This document shows, piece by piece, positions 45,134 to 55,125 of a stretch of DNA of 64,000 bases (within the stretch, counting starts at the first letter, position 1; each line of letters opens with the position of its first letter). Source of the stretch: Bacteroidota bacterium (lineage in GTDB: Bacteria > Bacteroidota > Bacteroidia > CAIKAF01); assembly GCA_023432985.1 (NCBI GenBank), contig JAEZEQ010000065.1, forward strand, positions 12 through 64,011. The letters are read 5' to 3'. Under the pieces are notes generated by a model, which had not been told where the DNA came from, made no database searches, and saw only the letters and a program-made list of their open reading frames with translations. A program made the translations under genes and the position numbers.

Positions 45134-48100
45134 CCCGAAATAAGAAATATCTTACCCGCGCTGCCATCGCCCTGTGGATTACATCCCTGACCATACTCCT
45201 TGTTTTCAAGGTGATGAATAATAGATACTTCAGCCAAGAAGCTATTTCGAAAAGAATTACGCATTTGTTTCAAGAACAGGAACGCAGGCACGAAGATTTG
45301 GTTTTTAAAGTTGAAAATGATCTGATCCCATCACTGAATAAAAAACAATTACCCGTTTCTGATTATGCATATTGGCTCGATTTGTATTCACGTACCAAAA
45401 TCGGAGTTTTCGTATATAGATCGGATAGCCTGATTTATTGGAATAATAGCCAGATTTCTGTCGATAGACAATATGTTTATAATATCTATAATGCCGTTTT
45501 GGTTTTTAAAAAACGTGCTATCTATACCTCTAAAACTTTTCAATCGGGAAATTATAGAATATTGTTGCTTTCGCAATTGCAGGAAAATAAAGCCTTGCCC
45601 TCCGCTTCGCCACGTTTCGAATTCGATCCTAAATATAGAATACCACCCGAAGTGCAATTGGTCGATAACGAATTTTCCGGCGAATACGGTAAGGTATATC
45701 CGCTGACTTCTATTTCGGGCCAGGAAGTCGCACGTTTCTTTATTCCTGATGAATATACCAAAGGAAATCAAATGTGGGAAAATTTTCTGCTCGGGTTTTG
45801 CGGATATATGTTTTTACTCATTGGCATAATTGTACAAGCCCGTATCAAAAAACCGCATTGGCAGGGACTTTATTCTTTGTTTGTGGTGCTGATTTCGGCT
45901 TTATACCTCTATCTGGATGCTACTTATAATATAAGTGGAAAGAATTATGAAGTCGGACTTTATGATTCCAGCCTCTATGCCAGTGGAACTCTAATCCCTT
46001 CTTTGGGAGATTTCTTCAACTGGATTTTGTCTTTTGCTATCTGGTCCTTTATGTTTTTCTTGTACAGTATACGCTTTGTCGGACGAAAATATTATGCCTA
46101 TTTTCAAAATAGGAAATGGGTGTATTGGCTGTTCGGACTGATTTCTATATCATCTATTATTCCGCTTTATTTAGTGCCTAATTATCTGATCCAAAACTCG
46201 ACTCTGGCTTTGGATTTTAATTATATTACTTATTTCAATTTAACAAGCCTGGCCGGAGTAGCCATTATGCTTTTTGCCTTGATGGGATATTTGCTTACGA
46301 ATGTTTCCGGATCCTATTTTGTAATGCGCAATAAAGGCTCCTGGCTTTTGTTTATTTTGGGTAAAACCTGCGGCTTTTTAGCCCTGTTTTTTATTCTGAA
46401 ACCTCCCTTTTTCGATATGCTGCTCATTTTGCTCTATTGTGCGCCTATGAGTGCTTATTTGCTGGTTTATTTTAAGAAAAATAACCGCTATTTATCCGAC
46501 TTCTTTCTCATCTTCGCAGCAGTTTGGTCTGCCCTTTTTATAGGCTATTTTTTGGTTAAAAATACGGTGGAAAAACGTAAGGTGGAAGCCTCTTTTTATG
46601 CCGATAAAATTTCGGGACAATCGGACCCCGCCGCTTCTTTTTATTTTCAAAATGCCGCCCAATCTTTTGCTGGCGACAGCCTTATGCAAAATTTATTGCT
46701 CGATGCCAAAGAAAAGTCTAAACTGGAAGAAGTGCTGGACCTCGCAATAAACCAGCATTTTAGCGGTTATTGGAATAATTACAGTATACTCACTTTTTAT
46801 AAAGATTCTTTTAAAATTGAACCACATGATTCCCTGATTTTTGAACGTTTCGAATCGCTCTTGTTTAAATCTGTTGGCGGAGATTACGGACAATTTAGTC
46901 CCCTCTATTCCGATAGCAATTATTGGAAATTTATCGGAAAATTGCCCGTTGATGTTGGCCTGCCCAATAAAGGGAATTTGTACCTGGTCTTCGAAACCAA
47001 AAAATATATGGGACAAACCGGACTCCCCGAATTCTTAATCCGACGTCCTTATTACCTCGAAACTCTACAAAAAGGATTCTTCACCGGACGCTATGTAAAC
47101 GGCATCCTCGTCGATAATTCGGGATATGGAAATATGCCCCTTTTTCTGAATGAAGAGAATTTAAGCCTCCTGAAGGATACAGAATTCGGACATGTTACGT
47201 ATTTTACTCAAGGCAATGAAGCCATTGTGGTCGTAGATGCAAAATCGAATAGCAGCTCTTATCTGAATACGGTTTCTATTCTGTTTCTGGTCATCCTTAT
47301 CTTTATCAGTATCCTGCGATGGTTTACGGTTAAATTTATTCCTGCACGCAAATATATTTCGCTGGGTAGTCAGTTTCGCTTTTTTGTAATCGCGACGATT
47401 ACGGTGACTTTTGTATTGCTTTTGGTCAACTCTATTTTCTTTACCCGACAAGTTATCCTGGATCAGGACCGGAAATTTTTTGCCAAAACAAGCGAACATA
47501 TCCAATCGCAAATTGAAGGAATTGATTGGGACAAATTTTCGGATATCCGATCGGAATTTCTCGACCAATTGGAGAGTAAATTGTCGACCATAGCTTCCCG
47601 AAATCGGATTGAGATTAACTATTATTCCGCTAGGGGACACCTCCTCTACAGCTCAAGACCTGAAATTTTCAGGGAACAATTCCGCGCTAATGTCATAGAA
47701 CCCCGGGGACGAATTGCGCTTATGGAAGGGACACATTCCTTTTATTTTTTAAAAGATCAAATCGGAGATATTGAGTATACCTCAGTCTATTTGCCTATCT
47801 ATTCGGAACAACAAAACTTAAAGGGTTATGTGGAAATTCCCTTTTTCTCCGAAAATGCCAAAAGAAATACTGAATTGTCTTTTTCTATAAATCAGATTGT
47901 GAATTATTTCACCATTTTCATCACCATAGTAATATTATTTACCCTATTGGCTTCGATACGCTTTTTGAGACCCTTGGAAGAGTTGCGTTTGCGTATATTG
48001 GGTCTGCGTATCGGAGACCGATTGATGCCTATTGAATACAGAGGATCGGATGAAATTGCCGCCCTGGTAAAAGCCTATAATATTGCCATCGCCGACCTGC

Positions 48101-48804
48101 AAGCCAGTGCCGAATTATTGGCCAGCTCCGAAAGAGAAAAAGCCTGGCGCGAAATGGCCAAACAAGTAGCCCACGAAATTAAAAACCCGCTTACCCCATT
48201 GCGCCTTAACCTGCAAATGCTCGAAAAAGCCTATAAGGACGGACGTGAAGATTTTGATGAACGCTTTAAACAATTCCACAAAAGTGCACTCGAACAAATC
48301 GATACTATGGCCCAAATTGCGACCGATTTCAGCAATTTTGCACGATTGGATAAAATGGAAATGAGTGAGACCAATATAGTCCCCCTTATTAAATCGGTCC
48401 ACTCTATGTTTGAGTTTTATATGGATAATGTGGAAGTGAAATGCGATTTGCCCCAAAAAGAAATCTGGGTGATGGGCGATAAGGATTTAATTCTACGCAT
48501 ATTGAATAATTTGGTGAAAAATGCCTGCCAGGCCATAGGACCACGTAATGTGGGCTGGGTCGAAATCAGCGCTAAAAAACGCGATAATACCTGGGAAATT
48601 TGTGTTCAAGATAATGGCCCCGGTATCCCCGAAGCCATGAAATCCAGCATTTTTAAACCTAATTTTACGACTAAAACTATGGGAAGCGGACTGGGTTTGG
48701 TGATGTGTAAGAATATGGTCGAAAGTATGGACGGAGAAATATGGTTCGAAAGTGTGGAAAATGAGGGAACCCTCTTTGTTTTTTCTTTGAAAGCGATGGA
48801 ATGA
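45130..48804 (+). CDS. Large multi-TM sensor histidine kinase (HisKA + HATPase_c, no receiver domain)
   Basis: H-box VAHEIKNPLTPL; N-box LVKNACQAI; G-boxes DNGPGIP and GSGLGL; more than 10 predicted TM helices in the N-terminal 700 aa. ATGA overlap with the glpD stop. Confidence 0.8.
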   Translation: MTRNKKYLTRAAIALWITSLTILLVFKVMNNRYFSQEAISKRITHLFQEQERRHEDLVFKVENDLIPSLNKKQLPVSDYAYWLDLYSRTKIGVFVYRSDSLIYWNNSQISVDRQYVYNIYNAVLVFKKRAIYTSKTFQSGNYRILLLSQLQENKALPSASPRFEFDPKYRIPPEVQLVDNEFSGEYGKVYPLTSISGQEVARFFIPDEYTKGNQMWENFLLGFCGYMFLLIGIIVQARIKKPHWQGLYSLFVVLISALYLYLDATYNISGKNYEVGLYDSSLYASGTLIPSLGDFFNWILSFAIWSFMFFLYSIRFVGRKYYAYFQNRKWVYWLFGLISISSIIPLYLVPNYLIQNSTLALDFNYITYFNLTSLAGVAIMLFALMGYLLTNVSGSYFVMRNKGSWLLFILGKTCGFLALFFILKPPFFDMLLILLYCAPMSAYLLVYFKKNNRYLSDFFLIFAAVWSALFIGYFLVKNTVEKRKVEASFYADKISGQSDPAASFYFQNAAQSFAGDSLMQNLLLDAKEKSKLEEVLDLAINQHFSGYWNNYSILTFYKDSFKIEPHDSLIFERFESLLFKSVGGDYGQFSPLYSDSNYWKFIGKLPVDVGLPNKGNLYLVFETKKYMGQTGLPEFLIRRPYYLETLQKGFFTGRYVNGILVDNSGYGNMPLFLNEENLSLLKDTEFGHVTYFTQGNEAIVVVDAKSNSSSYLNTVSILFLVILIFISILRWFTVKFIPARKYISLGSQFRFFVIATITVTFVLLLVNSIFFTRQVILDQDRKFFAKTSEHIQSQIEGIDWDKFSDIRSEFLDQLESKLSTIASRNRIEINYYSARGHLLYSSRPEIFREQFRANVIEPRGRIALMEGTHSFYFLKDQIGDIEYTSVYLPIYSEQQNLKGYVEIPFFSENAKRNTELSFSINQIVNYFTIFITIVILFTLLASIRFLRPLEELRLRILGLRIGDRLMPIEYRGSDEIAALVKAYNIAIADLQASAELLASSEREKAWREMAKQVAHEIKNPLTPLRLNLQMLEKAYKDGREDFDERFKQFHKSALEQIDTMAQIATDFSNFARLDKMEMSETNIVPLIKSVHSMFEFYMDNVEVKCDLPQKEIWVMGDKDLILRILNNLVKNACQAIGPRNVGWVEISAKKRDNTWEICVQDNGPGIPEAMKSSIFKPNFTTKTMGSGLGLVMCKNMVESMDGEIWFESVENEGTLFVFSLKAME

Positions 48805-48836
48805 TTTTTGTATATTGCGCCTGAAAAAGTTAACGA

Positions 48837-49754
48837 ATGACTAAACCAATCGAAAGGACTGAAAAGAAAAACAGTCTTATTAATCTTGTTCTCATTTTAT
48901 TGGGAATTCTAGCCTTATTATTGCTTGCAGGATCTCTGTTTTTGGGCTGGCAATATCTTCAGCTTAATAATGAAGTTAGCCGTCAGGAGCAGGTTATAGA
49001 ACGCCAAAATATTCAAAAGGATAGTTTGCAAAATGAAATCGAATTCCTGAAAACGGAAATCAGAAAACAACAGGATCTGCACAATGTTGAGGTCGAAAAT
49101 GTAATCGGTCAGTTAGAGAATTTGAAAGTAAGCCTGCGCTCAAACTCCGGAGGCGAAAGTCTGAATAAGTATAAAGCCGAAGTGAAAAGACTGAAAGAGG
49201 AAATTGCCACTTTTCAGGAACAGGCCGAAGCATGGAGATTGAAGGAAGCTGAATATAAACAACAATTGGATATAGCACGCTCGGATATGAAAGTGCTGGA
49301 TTCGCAAAATCAATCCCTCGAAAGTGATAAAAAAATGCTGACCGAAAAGGTGGAGTCCGGGGCCGTTTTGCAAATTTCGGATATTGCCGCACACGCATTT
49401 TTTGTAAACAAGAAAGGGAAGGAAAAAGCGCTGGATAAAGCCCGGAAAGTGAATAAGCTCGAATGTTGTTTTACGGTTTTCAGAAATAGTATAGCCGAAA
49501 AGGGCGAACGTACAGCTTATCTGATTATCAAAGAACCCGGAGGAAAGATTATTAAATCGGATAAAAGTGCCTTGTTCGAATCGACCGGAGGTCTTATGAA
49601 TTATACCGCTATGTCCACTTTTAACTACGACGGACAAGATACCAAACTATGTATAGATATAGACCTGAAAGATGACCTTGAAAAAGGGAATTATTTAATG
49701 GAGGTGTATATTGATAAAAATTATACTTCGGAACAAAAAATTGAATTAAAATAG
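48837..49754 (+). CDS. Hypothetical membrane-anchored coiled-coil protein
   Basis: N-terminal TM helix, about 130 aa of heptad-rich region, then a globular C-terminus; no family recognised. Confidence 0.5.
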   Translation: MTKPIERTEKKNSLINLVLILLGILALLLLAGSLFLGWQYLQLNNEVSRQEQVIERQNIQKDSLQNEIEFLKTEIRKQQDLHNVEVENVIGQLENLKVSLRSNSGGESLNKYKAEVKRLKEEIATFQEQAEAWRLKEAEYKQQLDIARSDMKVLDSQNQSLESDKKMLTEKVESGAVLQISDIAAHAFFVNKKGKEKALDKARKVNKLECCFTVFRNSIAEKGERTAYLIIKEPGGKIIKSDKSALFESTGGLMNYTAMSTFNYDGQDTKLCIDIDLKDDLEKGNYLMEVYIDKNYTSEQKIELK

Positions 49755-49786
49755 CAAAATCAATCACAAACATAAAAACAAGAAAA

Positions 49787-50227
49787 ATGAAAAAACAAAT
49801 CGTAATTTTAGGCGCTTTAGTTGTAGGAATTATGGCATGGAGCGGCTGTACTAAAGAGGATCTTATCGGTTCTATGACTGCTAACGTAAACGGTACAGCA
49901 TGGACAGCAACCGGACAGGCAGCTGTGGCAGTGCAAAATCGTGTGGTGATCACGGGTAGTACCTCAAGCTCTACTATCGTATTAAGTCCGAACGGTAAAG
50001 CCGCAGGAACATATAATACGGACGTGTTCGAAGGTAGTGTGCAGCCTTTTGTATATACGCCCAATTTGAATACTCCGCAAAATACCTATGCCGGTTCAAG
50101 CGGATCTATCGTTATTACTTCTTATTCTAATAATCGCCTGAGCGGAACTTTTAACGTGTCTGCTACCAATGCAACCCCGGAAACGATTAATATTACGGGC
50201 GAATTCAAGAATATTTTGATTAACTAA
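49787..50227 (+). CDS. Hypothetical lipoprotein
   Basis: Lipobox AWSGC; 146 aa; Thr/Ser/Asn-rich. Confidence 0.5.
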   Translation: MKKQIVILGALVVGIMAWSGCTKEDLIGSMTANVNGTAWTATGQAAVAVQNRVVITGSTSSSTIVLSPNGKAAGTYNTDVFEGSVQPFVYTPNLNTPQNTYAGSSGSIVITSYSNNRLSGTFNVSATNATPETINITGEFKNILIN

Positions 50228-50253
50228 CTCATATTTTTTACATATGTTTTTTA

Positions 50254-50284
50254 AAAGATGCCTGAAGCAGGCATCTTTTTTTTG
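50254..50284. terminator. Intrinsic terminator
   Basis: AGATGCCTG(aag)CAGGCATCT-T9. Confidence 0.8.
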
Positions 50285-50342
50285 TTAGCAAAATATTGAA
50301 AATTGACTATGAATTCCACCCCTTTGGTTATACATTTGTACT

Positions 50343-51137
50343 ATGCGCCAGTATCATGATTTAATGCAGTATGTTTTGGACCACGGAACATACAAAGAAG
50401 ACAGAACCGGTACGGGTACCTACAGCGTATTCGGTTATCAAATGCGATTCGATTTATCGGAAGGATTCCCCTTGGTTACTACCAAGAAAGTGCATCTGCG
50501 ATCTATTATTCACGAATTGCTTTGGTTTTTGAAAGGAGATACCAATATCGCATATCTTAAAGATAATGGGGTAAGCATTTGGGATGAATGGGCTGACGAA
50601 CAAGGAAATCTTGGTCCGGTCTACGGATACCAATGGCGCAGCTGGCAAACTGCTTCCGGCGAAGCGATTGATCAAATTTCTAAAGTAATCGACCAGATTA
50701 AACGCAATCCGGATAGCCGCCGACTCATCGTCACCGCGTGGAATCCGGCCGATGTAGATAAAATGGCCCTGCCTCCATGTCACGCTTTTTTCCAATTTTA
50801 CGTAGCCAATGGAAAATTAAGCTGTCAGCTCTATCAACGTAGCGCCGATATTTTTTTAGGCGTACCTTTTAATATAGCCTCTTATGCATTGCTGACCATG
50901 ATGGTGGCTCAGGTATGTGGTTTGAAAGCAGGCGAATTTGTGCACACTTTCGGCGATGCACATATCTACTCGAACCACCTTGAACAAGCCAAATTGCAAT
51001 TGTCGCGCGACCTGCGCCCCTTGCCTACCATGAATATAAATCCACAAGTGAAGGATATTTTCGGATTTTCTTTCGAGGATTTTGAACTGCTTAATTATGA
51101 CCCGCATCCACATATTAAAGCCCCGGTTGCCGTATAA
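50343..51137 (+). CDS. thyA: Thymidylate synthase
   Basis: [31 protein letters not shown]; active-site [12 protein letters not shown]; 264 aa. Confidence 0.95.
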   Translation: MRQYHDLMQYVLDHGTYKEDRTGTGTYSVFGYQMRFDLSEGFPLVTTKKVHLRSIIHELLWFLKGDTNIAYLKDNGVSIWDEWADEQGNLGPVYGYQWRSWQTASGEAIDQISKVIDQIKRNPDSRRLIVTAWNPADVDKMALPPCHAFFQFYVANGKLSCQLYQRSADIFLGVPFNIASYALLTMMVAQVCGLKAGEFVHTFGDAHIYSNHLEQAKLQLSRDLRPLPTMNINPQVKDIFGFSFEDFELLNYDPHPHIKAPVAV

Positions 51138-51625
51138 TGAGAATATCTTTGCTTGTAGCCCTTGCCCAAAATGGAGTTATTGGAATCAATAATGACCTGC
51201 CATGGCGCCTGCCCGATGACCTGAAATGGTTTAAAAAAAATACCCTCGGTAAACCCATTATCATGGGACGAAATACTATGGAAAGCCTGGGCCGCCGCCC
51301 CTTGCCCGGAAGAAAAAATATTTTTATCAGCCGCCAATTTCAAGAACATATTGAAGGATTTGAACATGCCGCATCTTTATCGGATGCCATTGCGCTCTGC
51401 GGTGATGTGGACGAAATTTGTATTATTGGAGGTGCCTTTTTGTATGAATCGGCCCTGGATATGGTCGACCGCATGTATATTACCCGCGTGGAAGCCGAAC
51501 CGGAAGGTGATACTTTTTTTCCTGAATTTGATGCCGATCTCTGGAAATGCATCTATAGCGAACAGCATGAAAAGGATGATAGACATGCCTATGCTTTTCG
51601 TTTCGAAATATGGGATCGCATTTAA
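51137..51625 (+). CDS. folA: Dihydrofolate reductase
   Basis: ISLLVALAQNGVIGINNDLPWRLPDDLKWFKKNTLGKPIIMGRNT; TAATG stop/start overlap with thyA. Confidence 0.9.
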   Translation: MRISLLVALAQNGVIGINNDLPWRLPDDLKWFKKNTLGKPIIMGRNTMESLGRRPLPGRKNIFISRQFQEHIEGFEHAASLSDAIALCGDVDEICIIGGAFLYESALDMVDRMYITRVEAEPEGDTFFPEFDADLWKCIYSEQHEKDDRHAYAFRFEIWDRI

Positions 51626-51776
51626 GCCTTAATTTGAAAATAAGCCTTTGTATCGCGCGCCGGATACCCGTAGGGTGCTAGGCTGCGTAATGCAATGAAG
51701 CGGCCGTACATCCCAAGTGGTAGCCGGGACGGGGCTTTTTTATTGTGGGCCAAATGCCCGCGCCCAAATGAAATTT

Positions 51777-52490
51777 TTATGCAAGTACTTCAGCTAATAT
51801 GCTTTCGAATAGTTGTAGTCCGTCCTTATTGTGCAACTCCTCATTCCAGGCTCTCTCGGGATGCGGCATCATGCCAAATACATTCCGATTTTTATTGGTA
51901 ATGCCGGCTATATTGTCGAGTGCTCCATTCGGATTACTGTCTGAAGTGATTTCCCCCTTTTCGTTGCAATAACGGAATAATATCTGATCGTTATCTTGTA
52001 GAGATTTTAGTGTGTCGTCCTGACAGAAAAAATTACCCTCCCCATGTGCAATGGGAATTTTGAGTACTTGACCCGGATTTATATTGCGGGTAATGAGCGA
52101 ATTGCTGCTTTCTGTGCGCAAATATACATTGTCGCAAATGAACTTTTGATGGGTATTGTGCAAAAGTGCCCCTTCGAGCAACCCGGCCTCTGTCAGTATC
52201 TGAAAGCCATTGCAAATGCCCATAACATAACCGCCTTGTTGTGCAAAACGCGTCACTTCTTGCATGATTGGTGAAAAACGAGCTATGGCTCCCGAACGTA
52301 AATAATCGCCGTAGGAAAAACCACCCGGACAAAATACCATGTCGACGCCCTGTAAATCATGGTCTTTATGCCAAAGTGAAGCTACAGGCTTGCCTCCGAT
52401 TTTTTCGAGTGCGTAAATAAGATCTTGATCGCAGTTGCTGCCGGGAAATGTTATAACACCAAATTTCATACTGTAAATAATAAAGCCCAA
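51777..52490 (-). CDS. purQ: Phosphoribosylformylglycinamidine synthase subunit PurQ (glutaminase)
   Basis: MKFGVITFPGSNCDQDL...catalytic GICNGFQIL...HGEGNF; 237 aa. Confidence 0.9.
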   Translation of the reverse strand: MGFIIYSMKFGVITFPGSNCDQDLIYALEKIGGKPVASLWHKDHDLQGVDMVFCPGGFSYGDYLRSGAIARFSPIMQEVTRFAQQGGYVMGICNGFQILTEAGLLEGALLHNTHQKFICDNVYLRTESSNSLITRNINPGQVLKIPIAHGEGNFFCQDDTLKSLQDNDQILFRYCNEKGEITSDSNPNGALDNIAGITNKNRNVFGMMPHPERAWNEELHNKDGLQLFESILAEVLA

Positions 52491-52511
52491 AGGTACTAAA
52501 TGCGAATGAAT

Positions 52512-53513
52512 TTATTTCAATATCGAGAAAGAGATTTCTAAATACCAATCTATTTGTAACCAAGTAACGATCAGGAAAAAAAGGATAAAGCCGATTTTTA
52601 TGTAACGCTCGTCTTTTACATCCAGAAGCAATTGGGTTAATAGCGTAGCGAAGGGAATGGCAAATGCTGCAAAATGGGAACCTTGCGGACTCTCGGCAAG
52701 TAAAGCCCCGAGTATCAGAAAAAGAGGTATCAATGCTGTGACATTGAAGAAGCGACGAGAAATGATTTTTAGTCGCCCATATACCCTGAAATAATGAAAA
52801 AGAGCTATGTTCATCAATACGGCTAAAGCGCCCGCATAGGTCCATATTGCCGGCGAAAAACGAAGTTGCGCAAATGCAGCTTTCGGATTTTCTATGATAA
52901 GCTGCGGCTGATAGTCGAACTGAAAATTAAATGCAAATTGAAATGCAAAAAGATAAAGTAAGGGAAGTAGACCCCCAATTATAAAGGCTATAGTTTCTTT
53001 ATAGGATACAGGTCTTATGATGGCACAGGCTATGATGTTGAATATATGAAAGAGTATGGCCGGAAACCAAAATAATGTGGCTATGGTGGTCAATAATCCT
53101 ATATTGAATGAGGCAAACATGGCCTTTTTTTGCTGATACAAATTGATGAGCATCCAAATGGAAATGAGAATAAAACTGAGTGAGATGAGTGCGGGCGACA
53201 ACTTGATCAGCGCTGGATGTATGCTAAAAAAAAGTGTATATAAAAGGAAGGGGAGACCCGTACTTTTTTCGTATATGTTTTTAGTCGAAATGAAAAAATC
53301 AAATATAAATGCCTGTAATATGATCAATATAAAGGAAAGACTATACTGGGCAATCGGACTCCACCCGGCAGGTTCCAGATAGACCCAGCCCATCATTTGG
53401 CTGTACTCCTGCGAAGGCTTATGGAAAAGTAGGCCGAGTATACAAAAGATGCTTAATTGTAAAATCCCGGCCGAATAACCGGCCATTTTATTTATGTAAA
53501 GGAATCTGTTCAC
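52512..53513 (-). CDS. Hypothetical polytopic membrane protein
   Basis: 333 aa, about 9-10 TM helices, no recognisable motif. Confidence 0.5.
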   Translation of the reverse strand: MNRFLYINKMAGYSAGILQLSIFCILGLLFHKPSQEYSQMMGWVYLEPAGWSPIAQYSLSFILIILQAFIFDFFISTKNIYEKSTGLPFLLYTLFFSIHPALIKLSPALISLSFILISIWMLINLYQQKKAMFASFNIGLLTTIATLFWFPAILFHIFNIIACAIIRPVSYKETIAFIIGGLLPLLYLFAFQFAFNFQFDYQPQLIIENPKAAFAQLRFSPAIWTYAGALAVLMNIALFHYFRVYGRLKIISRRFFNVTALIPLFLILGALLAESPQGSHFAAFAIPFATLLTQLLLDVKDERYIKIGFILFFLIVTWLQIDWYLEISFSILK

Positions 53514-53579
53514 TCGAAATTGGCTGTTTTGATTTTATTTCTAATTTTGTGACAAAGAAACAAAACAAACTTTAAAGAT

Positions 53580-53740
53580 ATGAATTGGTTTTTTGAACCG
53601 CTAGGAGATTTTTTTCAGTGGACCTTTAAAGGTTATGAATGGTTAATGAACCACCACTTTAATGTAGTGCTTATCGCTGTTGGTGCGCTGATGATTTTGT
53701 ATTGGTTTATGCAAATGATCAGACATCCGAAAGAAGACTG
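53580..53740 (+). CDS. Small (53 aa) single-TM protein, not in the supplied ORF track
   Basis: ATG at 53580, TGA at 53738; MNWFFEPLGDFFQWTFKGYEWLMNHHFNVVLIAVGALMILYWFMQMIRHPKED; sits in an otherwise empty intergenic region upstream of queA. Confidence 0.4.
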
Positions 53741-53943
53741 ATTTTTTTCTCTTTCTCTTTTAATTATGCCATATCTACAGATCTATGGTATGCTAAGCTT
53801 ATTCAAAAACTTGAAGTCTAAGGCTGTTTTATGCCTGTTCTATATTTGAAGCCGAACTTTAATTTGTTCGGCTTTTTCTTTTTTTATCCCATTTTATCTC
53901 TCCCTCGGTTTCTACTTTTTAGCTACTTTTGTGCATGATTTCT

Positions 53944-55113
53944 ATGCTCGATTTCGATTATCTGCTGCCCGACGAGAAAATTGCCAAATTCCCCTTGTCT
54001 CCCCGCGATTCTTCTAAACTCCTGGTATGCCGTAAAGGCCAAATTTCGCACCACCAATTTTCGAATTTGCCCGATTTATTGCCGCCCCATAGCTTGCTCG
54101 TTCTCAACGAAACACAAGTTGTACCCGCGCGTATCTTTTTTACCCGCCCCTCGGGCAAAATAATCGAAGTCTTTGTGCTAAACCCCGCCGATCCATCCAT
54201 CAACGCCAATATTGCCCTCCAAGCTAAATCTCCTATAGCCTTCACTTGCCTGGTGGGCGGACGTAAAGCATGGAAGCCCGACCAAACTCTCAGCCTCTCT
54301 CTGCCTAATTGCACGCTCAGCTGCTCCTGGCTCAACCGCGATAATAATACGATCTCTTTTGAATGGGATAATGATGAACTCTCTTTTTCTGAAATTCTTC
54401 ACGAAATCGGACAAATTCCCTTGCCCCCATATCTTAACCGCGATTGGGAAGAATCGGATCGGGAAAATTATCAAACGGTCTACGCACGCTATAAAGGATC
54501 TGTGGCCGCACCTACAGCCGGATTGCATTTTACGGATCGGGTCTTTGAAGAACTCCGTAACCGAAATTTTAAAACGCTGTTTACTACCCTGCACGTTGGA
54601 GCCGGTACTTTCCTTCCTGTGAAATCGGACCTCGCACAAGAACACCGCATGCATCACGAACAAATTGTACTCGATATTGAATTCCTGCGCCAATTGCAAA
54701 AACATGAAGGTCCCGTCGTCCCCGTCGGAACTACCTCATGCCGACTGCTGGAATCGATCTACTGGCTCGGAGCCAAAATTCATGCCGAGCCTAATGCCGA
54801 ATTTATTATTGAACAATCGGATGCCTATTCTATCCCCATTATCCCAAAGGATAAAGCCCTCCAAAATGTAATCGACTATATGACGAATAGAAATATGTCG
54901 GTATGGAGCGGATTGTCGGCCCTCTACATTATGCCGGGTTATTCTTTCAGAATGACGGATGCTTTGATTACGAATTTCCACCAGCCTAAATCAACCCTGC
55001 TGCTTCTCATTGCCTCACTTATCGGGGATGATTGGAAAAAAGTCTATACTCAAGCGCTCGAATCGGATTATCGTTTCCTCAGTTATGGCGATAGCTCTTT
55101 GCTTATTCCTTGA
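53944..55113 (+). CDS. queA: S-adenosylmethionine:tRNA ribosyltransferase-isomerase
   Basis: MLDFDYLLPDEKIAKFPLSPRDSSKLLV N-terminus; GTTSCR and ITNFHQPKSTLL motifs. The track ORF begins 5 codons earlier. Confidence 0.85.
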   Translation: MLDFDYLLPDEKIAKFPLSPRDSSKLLVCRKGQISHHQFSNLPDLLPPHSLLVLNETQVVPARIFFTRPSGKIIEVFVLNPADPSINANIALQAKSPIAFTCLVGGRKAWKPDQTLSLSLPNCTLSCSWLNRDNNTISFEWDNDELSFSEILHEIGQIPLPPYLNRDWEESDRENYQTVYARYKGSVAAPTAGLHFTDRVFEELRNRNFKTLFTTLHVGAGTFLPVKSDLAQEHRMHHEQIVLDIEFLRQLQKHEGPVVPVGTTSCRLLESIYWLGAKIHAEPNAEFIIEQSDAYSIPIIPKDKALQNVIDYMTNRNMSVWSGLSALYIMPGYSFRMTDALITNFHQPKSTLLLLIASLIGDDWKKVYTQALESDYRFLSYGDSSLLIP

Positions 55114-55125
55114 TTTTTTTCCCGT

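Noticed and set aside
51695-51901. 68-aa + strand ORF after folA
   Set aside because: It starts inside the GC-rich intergenic element and runs antisense into the purQ 3' end; composition is atypical and there is no start context.
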